From assembly GCF_000619845.1 (NCBI RefSeq), contig NZ_KK211037.1, positions 180,001 to 212,000 of the forward strand: a DNA stretch of 32,000 nt, written 5' to 3'. The DNA is from Alkanindiges illinoisensis DSM 15370. GTDB lineage: Bacteria > Pseudomonadota > Gammaproteobacteria > Pseudomonadales > Moraxellaceae. The notes beneath the pieces were generated by a model. It was not told the DNA's origin. It did no database searches and saw nothing but the letters and a program-made list of their open reading frames with translations. Of the stretch, positions 25,817 to 32,000 are shown in pieces (the first letter of the stretch is position 1; each line of letters starts with the position of its first letter). Both the position numbers and the translations under genes were made by a program.

Positions 25817-26491
25817 TTATGCCCGTGCAATCACCAGACTCTGGATCTGCTGTACCCCTAGATTATTTAGTTGCTGCTGCATGGCAGCCAGGGTACTACC
25901 CGTAGTCATCACATCATCAATGATCAGGATTTTGTGATAAATGACCCGGCACTGATCAGTATTGATATAGAAGGCATTCTGCAAATTAATGAAACGCTCC
26001 GTCTGTGACAAACCTTGCTGGGGAGGCCTGTGATGACGGTTCAAGGGCTGCCACAGCGGAATTTGCCACATTTTGCTTAATTGCTGAGCCAGTAACAGGG
26101 TGGGATTAAAACCCCGTGTGACCAGTTTTTCGGGTGAACTGGGCACAGCCACCAATGCCTGTACAGCAGGTTTAGGCATTTGCAGCAAAATATCATGCAG
26201 TATGGGTAACAATTCCAACCGCTGCTGGTATTTATACTGGTGAATCAGGCGATCAACCGGCCAGACATAATGACAGGCCGCCTGTACGGAATGCGACATG
26301 CTTTGATTGGGCAAGCTGTGATGAGGCAAGCTGTGATGAGAGCATGCAGTGGCTTGCAATAACCACGGCAATTCATGCCAGCAGTTGGCGCATAAACTAC
26401 GGGCAGCTGCGGCGGGATAAAACTGACACAGTAGGCAAGCCGACGCATGACCTTGAGCTAAAGATCGTATCGCCTTGATCAGGGTTTGCAT
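25817..26491 (-). CDS. comF: ComF-family phosphoribosyltransferase-like competence protein
   Basis: N-terminal Cys pairs (CLLCQ, CANCW) and a C-terminal PRTase motif (ILIIDDVMTTGSTL). It starts 6 bp after the recG stop. Confidence 0.8.
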   Translation of the reverse strand: MQTLIKAIRSLAQGHASACLLCQFYPAAAARSLCANCWHELPWLLQATACSHHSLPHHSLPNQSMSHSVQAACHYVWPVDRLIHQYKYQQRLELLPILHDILLQMPKPAVQALVAVPSSPEKLVTRGFNPTLLLAQQLSKMWQIPLWQPLNRHHRPPQQGLSQTERFINLQNAFYINTDQCRVIYHKILIIDDVMTTGSTLAAMQQQLNNLGVQQIQSLVIARA

Positions 26492-26497
26492 CAGGGC

Positions 26498-28552
26498 TTA
26501 AACGTAGGCATAGCGCGGTGCTTCTGGCAACCAGCGCTGGAGTAGGGGTTCAGCCAGTTCGGTATGCTGCCTTAAGATCAGGGCAGCAATACGCTGTGCC
26601 TGTGGGAGCAGATATTCATCCCGTTGCAGGTTGGCCAGCCGAAAACCCAGCAGGCCAGTTTGTCGCGTTCCTAGAATTTCGCCCGGACCACGCAGCTCAA
26701 GGTCTTTTTCGGCAATCACGAAGCCATCAGTACTGGCACGCAAGGTAGCCAATCGCTCAGTACCGTTTTCAGACAACGGTGATTTGTACAGCAACACACA
26801 AAAACTGGCGGTACTGCCACGACCCACGCGACCACGGAGCTGGTGCAGCTGCGATAGTCCCAGCCGTTCAGCATTTTCAATAATCATCAGTGAGGCATTG
26901 GGCACATCGACACCCACTTCAATCACAGTGGTGGCAATCAGCAAATGCAGTTCATTATTTTTAAAGGCACGCATGACGGCCTGCTTTTCTTCCGGCTTCA
27001 TGCGGCCATGTACCAGTCCCAGCTTTAAGTGCGGTAAGCGTTCCGACAGCTCGGCAAAGGTATCTTCCGCTGCTTGTGCATCCAGACTTTCCGATTGTTC
27101 GACCAGCGTACACACCCAGTAGGCTTGCCGGCCTTCAGTACAGTTGGCTGCAACCCGTGCAATCACCTGTTCGCGTTTTTCAAATGGAATAGTGACGGTA
27201 GTAATAGGGGTACGACCTGGTGGCAGTTCATCAATAATGGAAGTATCCAGGTCACCATAGGCACTCATGGCCAACGTGCGCGGGATAGGCGTTGCCGTCA
27301 TTACCAGCTGGTGCGGGGTAGTGCCTGCATTGCCTTTTTCACGCAAAGCCAGCCGCTGGTCAACGCCAAAGCGGTGCTGTTCATCAATAATCACCAGGCC
27401 AAGCTTTTTAAAAGCCACATTGGCCTGAAACAGTGCATGGGTGCCAATCACCAGTTGCGCCTGTCCGGTTTTAACCAGATGTTCAGACAGCTCGCGTGCC
27501 TTGCCTTTTTGCTTGCCGGACAGCCAGGCAACCTGAATGCCCAGTGGTTCAAACCACTGGCTAAAGTTAATAAAATGCTGCTCAGCCAGAATTTCGGTGG
27601 GTGCCATCAGCGCCACCTGCCAGTTACTTTCCAGCACATGACAGGCAGCAATGGCGGCAACCAGCGTCTTGCCTGCGCCCACATCACCCTGTACCAGCCG
27701 CAACATGGGCTTACTGTGTTGCAAGTCCTGTAGTATTTCTGCACTCACGCGCTGCTGGGCATTGGTGGGTTTAAAGGCAAGGCCGGCTAGCAGTTCCGTA
27801 ATCAGTTGCTGGCTTGGCTGAATAACAGGCGCTGCAATAGATTGAATATAGTGCCGACGGGTGAGTAGGCTAATTTGGTGCGCCACCAGTTCCTCAAAAA
27901 TCAGCCGCTGCTGGGCTGGATGGCGGCCCTCGCTGAGGTCAAAGACATTGGCATCAACTGGCGGCTGATGGATATAACACAAGGCGGCCTGCATGTCATA
28001 GTGCTTCACGCACTGGCTCGGCAAAAGTTCCGGCAGATGCTGTGAGTAATGTTTTAGGGCCTGATCGACAAACTGGCGCAGCTTGGCTTGCGTCAAGCCT
28101 TCGGTGGTGGGATAAATGGCGGTCAGGCGCGAGGCAGGCAGTGGTTCATCCGGACTGACGAACTGGTATTCGGGGTGATACAGCTCTAGGCCACGTGCGC
28201 CTACACGCACTTCGCCAAACACCCGCACGCTGCTGCCCACCCGGAATTTTTCCTTTAATCCCTTATACACCTGATAAAAGCGCAAGGTGATCTTGCCCAT
28301 GCCATCACTGATTTGAATGGCCATGGAAGTTCGCTTGCCCGGTGGAAAGTCAACCGACTGAATGGTGCCCTGCAATAGGGCTGTTTTGCCCACAAACAAC
28401 TGGCTCATGGGAATGATGCGGCTGCGGTCTTCATAGTCGCGCGGCAGGTGAAATAGCAAGTCGACCGGCGTGTAAATATGCAGCTTGGCCAGCAGTTGTG
28501 CGGCAGCTTCCCCTACACCCGATAAGTCACGAACAGTTATACTCATGCGCAA
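26498..28552 (-). CDS. recG: ATP-dependent DNA helicase RecG
   Basis: Wedge domain, Walker A GDVGAGKT, DEQH box (IIDEQHRFG), QLRGRVGRG. 684 aa. The alternative ATG at 28546 is also possible. Confidence 0.95.
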   Translation of the reverse strand: MRMSITVRDLSGVGEAAAQLLAKLHIYTPVDLLFHLPRDYEDRSRIIPMSQLFVGKTALLQGTIQSVDFPPGKRTSMAIQISDGMGKITLRFYQVYKGLKEKFRVGSSVRVFGEVRVGARGLELYHPEYQFVSPDEPLPASRLTAIYPTTEGLTQAKLRQFVDQALKHYSQHLPELLPSQCVKHYDMQAALCYIHQPPVDANVFDLSEGRHPAQQRLIFEELVAHQISLLTRRHYIQSIAAPVIQPSQQLITELLAGLAFKPTNAQQRVSAEILQDLQHSKPMLRLVQGDVGAGKTLVAAIAACHVLESNWQVALMAPTEILAEQHFINFSQWFEPLGIQVAWLSGKQKGKARELSEHLVKTGQAQLVIGTHALFQANVAFKKLGLVIIDEQHRFGVDQRLALREKGNAGTTPHQLVMTATPIPRTLAMSAYGDLDTSIIDELPPGRTPITTVTIPFEKREQVIARVAANCTEGRQAYWVCTLVEQSESLDAQAAEDTFAELSERLPHLKLGLVHGRMKPEEKQAVMRAFKNNELHLLIATTVIEVGVDVPNASLMIIENAERLGLSQLHQLRGRVGRGSTASFCVLLYKSPLSENGTERLATLRASTDGFVIAEKDLELRGPGEILGTRQTGLLGFRLANLQRDEYLLPQAQRIAALILRQHTELAEPLLQRWLPEAPRYAYV

Positions 28553-28575
28553 AGTGTAATGGCAGTTTCTTAAAA

Positions 28576-29397
28576 ATGCATGTGTTGATTATAGGGCTGG
28601 GCAATATTGGTAGCCTGCTTGCGACAAATCTGGTCGCTATGGGTCATCAGGTGACAGGGATTAGCCGTAGCCCACGATCTATTGCCGAGGTCAATGCCAT
28701 TGCCCAATCCGTTCAGCAACTGAATCTGGCTAAAGTGGCTCCCGTAGACTGGGTTTATGTGGTTCTGTCTCCAGATGACAGAACAGCAGACAGTTATCGG
28801 CATGTGTTTATTGATAGCATTGCACCCTTACAGCAAGCCTTGAATACGCATCCGGTACAGCGAGTGGTTTTTATTTCTTCCAGCAGTGTCTATGGCAGTG
28901 GTCAAGGCGAGCGGATGGATGAAACCACGTCGCCACAGCCGGACACGCCCACGGCACAGGTATTGTGGCAAGCTGAACAGCACTGGCGCAAAGTTTGGGG
29001 CAACCGATTAACTGTGGTGCGGCCCAGTGGAATTTATGGGCCCGGACGATTGCGGCTAATTGACTGGGTTAAACAGGGCAAGCCGGTCAAGCTGAACCAG
29101 TGGACGAATCGGATCCACAGTGATGATCTGGCAGGGTTTCTGGCTCATCTGAGCACCTTGATAGAACTGGCGCCACTTTATCTGGCCACCGACCAGCAAC
29201 CCAGCTTGCAACATGAGGTATTGGCATATTTGGCCCAGCAGTTGCAGGTTGAAAACGTAACGACACTTGAAGCACCCGTGAGCGGAAAGCGGCTGGCGAG
29301 CCAGCGTCTTGAACAAACGGGCTACCAGCTACAATATCCGGATTACCGGCAGGGTTATGCCATGATACTGGCATTATCTTGTGAAAACAGGCATTAA
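28576..29397 (+). CDS. NAD(P)-binding Rossmann-fold protein (extended SDR / epimerase-like)
   Basis: N-terminal GLGNIG dinucleotide-binding motif at MHVLIIGLGNIGS, and SSSSVYG typical of NAD-dependent epimerases. The track start (28498) overlaps recG, so I prefer the ATG at 28576. Confidence 0.7.
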   Translation: MHVLIIGLGNIGSLLATNLVAMGHQVTGISRSPRSIAEVNAIAQSVQQLNLAKVAPVDWVYVVLSPDDRTADSYRHVFIDSIAPLQQALNTHPVQRVVFISSSSVYGSGQGERMDETTSPQPDTPTAQVLWQAEQHWRKVWGNRLTVVRPSGIYGPGRLRLIDWVKQGKPVKLNQWTNRIHSDDLAGFLAHLSTLIELAPLYLATDQQPSLQHEVLAYLAQQLQVENVTTLEAPVSGKRLASQRLEQTGYQLQYPDYRQGYAMILALSCENRH

Positions 29398-29504
29398 GCG
29401 TTAATTGGTAAAACAAATACCTGCACGGCAGTTTGACTATTTTTTTGATAAATATGGGTGGTTTTGGCACTTGCAATGTGAATGGTTTTGGTTTCTGATT
29501 GGGG

Positions 29505-29631
29505 GTTAGCAATAGTATCTTTTTACCATTGCTAACAAATGACAGGATTCGTCCCGGGTAAACCTTGACTCCGGCACTGGAAGCCGGACTAAAAAGGTCG
29601 AAGAAATAGTGAGTGGCAAGGCAGCCCGGGA
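29505..29631 (+). promoter_or_regulatory. Structured leader elements upstream of the binding-protein pair (unclassified)
   Basis: Perfect 9-bp hairpin gttagcaat/attgctaac (29505-29513 with 29528-29536). A 7-bp outer stem tcccggg/cccggga (29552-29558 with 29625-29631) encloses the hairpin tccggc/gccgga (29570-29575 with 29583-29588). Confidence 0.3.
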
Positions 29632-29689
29632 TACTTTCAATACTGCGTGTAATGGGCTACACGGCACAACAAGATAGGGAATGGCTATC

Positions 29690-30697
29690 ATGGATAAAAA
29701 AGGTAAAACGTCAGTAAAAAACTTGCTATTACTGACAGGACTTCTGGGGTTAATGAGCACTGCCAGTGCACAAACTATTTGCGCATTTGATCTTGGCGGG
29801 GCGTCGGGCGACAACTACGCCCTGATGAAAGATTATGTGCTAACGGTTAAAAAATGGAATGTTGACATTACCCTAAAACCCTATAGTAATGAAGGCGCTG
29901 CCTTACAGGATTTTAAGTCCGGCCAGTGTGATGGACTGGTGGCAACCAGTTTTGTGACCCGTAACTTCAACAGCTACACAGGGTCAATCAATGCCATTGG
30001 CGCTATTCCTAGCAACGTCATTGCCCGTAACCTGCTCATGCTGATGGGTAATCCCAAAGTGGCAAGTGACATGGTGGAAGGCGATTATGAAGCCGCCGGA
30101 GTCATTCCGATTGGCTCGGCTTATCTCACCACCAAAGACCGTACCACTAATACGCTGGCTAAAATTGAAGGCAAGCGGATTGGCGTGCTGGAAGTTGATC
30201 CGGTACAGCGCCGGATGGCCATCAAGGTGGGCGCCAAGCCAGTACTGATGACCATTGACAATGCCGGTAACAAGTTTCAAACCGGTCAGATTGATATTTT
30301 GCCAGCACCCAGCATGGCCTTTACTCCTTTGGAGGTGTATCGCTCCATGGGATCTAATGGCGGGGTGGCACGGTTTCCTTTAAGCTTTATGTCACTCAAT
30401 CTGATTTTAAAGAAAAATGCCTATCCTGCTGGGTTTGGCCAGAAAAGCCGTAGCTGGTTCTCCAGTCAGGCACCACGCCTGATGAGCAAGGTTGCCCGTG
30501 ATGATGCCAGCGTTCCGAGCAAGTACTGGTTCGATATTCCCAGTGAGGATCAGGTGGGCTATTTACGTATTTTACGGCAGATGCGTATTGAATTTGTGCA
30601 AAATAAGACTTATAACCCGCGCATGATGAGTCTGTTAAAACGCTTGCGTTGCCAGCAGGATGCCACCAATTATGAGTGCGCCCTGAAAGACGAGTAA
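29690..30697 (+). CDS. Secreted solute-binding-like protein, paralog 1 (possibly the family annotated AdeT in Acinetobacter; unverified)
   Basis: Signal peptide ending ASA|QT. About 310 mature residues with an alternating beta/alpha pattern and four Cys. The ATG at 29690 is 9 nt after AGGGA, so I prefer it over 29681. Confidence 0.7.
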   Translation: MDKKGKTSVKNLLLLTGLLGLMSTASAQTICAFDLGGASGDNYALMKDYVLTVKKWNVDITLKPYSNEGAALQDFKSGQCDGLVATSFVTRNFNSYTGSINAIGAIPSNVIARNLLMLMGNPKVASDMVEGDYEAAGVIPIGSAYLTTKDRTTNTLAKIEGKRIGVLEVDPVQRRMAIKVGAKPVLMTIDNAGNKFQTGQIDILPAPSMAFTPLEVYRSMGSNGGVARFPLSFMSLNLILKKNAYPAGFGQKSRSWFSSQAPRLMSKVARDDASVPSKYWFDIPSEDQVGYLRILRQMRIEFVQNKTYNPRMMSLLKRLRCQQDATNYECALKDE

Positions 30698-30748
30698 CCG
30701 CAGGATTCATAACAGAAAAAGGATAAATAATAGTTATAGCGAGGGAAA

Positions 30749-31795
30749 ATGAATTTTTTTCAACGGAAAGATCAACGGGTACAAGCCCTGAAAAACAGGG
30801 GGTTTGTAAAGCTGGCCTTGTTATCGTTGCTGTTGTCGGGCAGTGCTATGACCACCAGTGCACAGGCTCAGACCCTGTGTGTATTTGACCTGAGTGGCAC
30901 TTCTGGCGATTACTTTGCGTTTATGAAGGATTATGCACTGGCTGCCCAGAAGTGGTCAGTCATGATTGACCTGAAAGCCTATAACAAGGAAGAAAAGGCA
31001 ATCAATGATTATAAGCTGGGCAAGTGTGATGCAGTCAGTGCCACCAGCTTTAGCACCCGTGAATTTAACAAGTTTACCGGTTCCATTAATGCCGTGGGTG
31101 CCATTCCCAGCAATACCGTAGCACGTAACCTCCTGCTCTTGCTCGGCCATCCCAAACTGGCGCCTGAAATGGTGGAAAATGGCCATGAAGCCGTAGGGGC
31201 TATTCCGATTGGTTCTGCTTATCTCACCATTAAGGACCGCACGGTGAGTGACCTGATCAAGATTGAAGGCAAGTGGGTGGGTGTGCTGGCCAGTGATCCG
31301 GTACAGCGCCGCATGATTGAGCAGGTGGGCGGCGAACCGGTACTGATGGCAGTGGATACGGCAATTTTAAAGGTGCAGGACCCCAAAGTGGATATTGTGC
31401 CATTGCCCAGCTATTCCTTTGAAGCATTTGAGCTATACCGCGCATTGGGCAATAAGGGCGGCATTGCACGCTTCCCCATTAGCTTTATGACCATGAATGT
31501 GATTGCACACCAGAATGCCTTTCCCAAAACCTTTGGCGCACAAAGCCGGGCATGGTTTGCAGCACAGGCACCGCGCCTGATGAAGAAAATCCAGTACTAT
31601 GACAACAAGGTGCCAGCGCGTTACTGGTTTGATATTCCTGCCGACAATCAGGTGGCTTATTTTCAGCTGATCCGCAAAATGCGCCTCGAATTTGTACAAA
31701 ACCAGACCTATCATCCTAAAATGATGAATCTGCTCAAGCGCTTGCGTTGCCAGCAAAATCCACAGGAGCCGGAATGCAAGACCCGCGATGAATAA
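30749..31795 (+). CDS. Secreted solute-binding-like protein, paralog 2
   Basis: Signal peptide ending AQA|QT. It is colinear with paralog 1 without gaps. By hand count, 34 of the first 61 mature residues are identical, and all four Cys are conserved. Confidence 0.7.
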   Translation: MNFFQRKDQRVQALKNRGFVKLALLSLLLSGSAMTTSAQAQTLCVFDLSGTSGDYFAFMKDYALAAQKWSVMIDLKAYNKEEKAINDYKLGKCDAVSATSFSTREFNKFTGSINAVGAIPSNTVARNLLLLLGHPKLAPEMVENGHEAVGAIPIGSAYLTIKDRTVSDLIKIEGKWVGVLASDPVQRRMIEQVGGEPVLMAVDTAILKVQDPKVDIVPLPSYSFEAFELYRALGNKGGIARFPISFMTMNVIAHQNAFPKTFGAQSRAWFAAQAPRLMKKIQYYDNKVPARYWFDIPADNQVAYFQLIRKMRLEFVQNQTYHPKMMNLLKRLRCQQNPQEPECKTRDE

Positions 31796-31835
31796 CTTGT
31801 TGCTATAACAATACCTAAAATTTTAGGTCAGACAT

Positions 31836-31874
31836 AAAAAAATCCCCTTGCTGAGATAACAGGGGGATTTTTTT
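31836..31874. terminator. Strong bidirectional rho-independent terminator
   Basis: aaaaaaatccccttg / cagggggattttttt stem with a 9-nt loop, flanked by an A-run and a T-run. It lies between the paralog 2 stop and a convergent ORF stop at 31892. Confidence 0.8.
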
Positions 31875-31891
31875 ATGACATGAAAGACAGG

Positions 31892-32000
31892 TTATTTACT
31901 GCGCTTGCGCCGGGATTTCTGTTTTTCCAGCGCGGCAATGGCAGCAATCACTTCTTCATCACTAAAGTTGGTGATGTGCTGCAAATGATTCATGGTGTCT
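31892..32000 (-). CDS. 3' end of a convergent ORF (or a 33-aa ORF from ATG 31993); function unknown
   Basis: The minus-strand frame is open from the window end to TAA at 31892. The C-terminus reads ...MNHLQHITNFSDEEVIAAIAALEKQKSRRKRSK. The adjacent bidirectional terminator supports a real gene end. Confidence 0.3.
   Translation of the reverse strand, partial: DTMNHLQHITNFSDEEVIAAIAALEKQKSRRKRSK

Noticed and set aside
25740-25937. 65-aa plus-strand ORF in the corA/comF intergenic region, overlapping the comF 3' end.
   Set aside because: It has no SD, overlaps the comF coding sequence antisense, and has a Cys/Arg-rich shadow-like composition.
29454-29498. 14-codon ORF MGGFGTCNVNGFGF in the leader; its GGFG/NGFG repeats come from the tggttttgg direct repeat.
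   Set aside because: There is no Shine-Dalgarno sequence upstream (tttttttgataaat). I kept it only as a note in case the leader uses a leader-peptide mechanism.
29087-29814. Minus-strand ORFs 29087-29512 (141 aa) and 29506-29814 (102 aa), covering the leader region and gene ends.
   Set aside because: They have no SD and overlap well-supported plus-strand genes at both ends. Their P/S/R-rich composition is odd. The leader is better explained as non-coding.
1-32000. Scan for CRISPR arrays, IS elements or terminal inverted repeats, and long dispersed repeats.
   Set aside because: By eye there is no regularly spaced repeat array and no transposase- or integrase-like ORF. The only notable repeats are the helicase tail tandem repeats, the comF 15-bp duplication and the diverged paralog pair.

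Overview
This window looks like ordinary chromosomal core from a gamma-proteobacterium. It is probably Moraxellaceae or Acinetobacter-like, an inference from the Acr1-type acyl-CoA reductase and the overall gene set. I found no transposase, integrase, CRISPR array, phage genes or recognisable defence or toxin-antitoxin module.

Gene order, with strand:
- DUF1294 protein (+) and cytochrome P450 (-)
- an AT-rich orphan ORF (-)
- a split his cluster: hisA (-), a DUF805 membrane protein (-), hisH-hisB (-)
- a GNAT/PanZ-like protein (+) and tRNA-Phe(GAA) (+)
- envZ-ompR (-) and tex (+)
- a lipid-related group on the minus strand: HSDL2-like SDR, MpaB/DUF2236-like protein, acr1
- ettA (+) and two small secreted orphans (+)
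- a DEAD-box helicase with a repetitive R/G/D/F-rich tail (+)
- a small membrane ORF plus mlaFEDCB (+)
- an orphan ModA-like binding protein (-), corA (-), comF-recG (-)
- an NAD-binding epimerase-like protein (+)
- a tandem pair of paralogous secreted solute-binding-like proteins (+), preceded by a ~290-nt structured leader

No obvious new multi-gene system stands out. The most unusual items are:
- the orphan binding-protein pair and its leader
- the helicase tail repeats, and a 6-codon uORF whose stop overlaps the helicase start (ATGA)
- a DUF805 protein with a type IV pilin-like helix at its C-terminus
- the hairpin-filled ompR-envZ spacer
- several AT-rich orphan ORFs

All calls rest on reading the supplied translations and sequence by eye. 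No database search was run, so family names are recollections that need HMM or BLAST confirmation.
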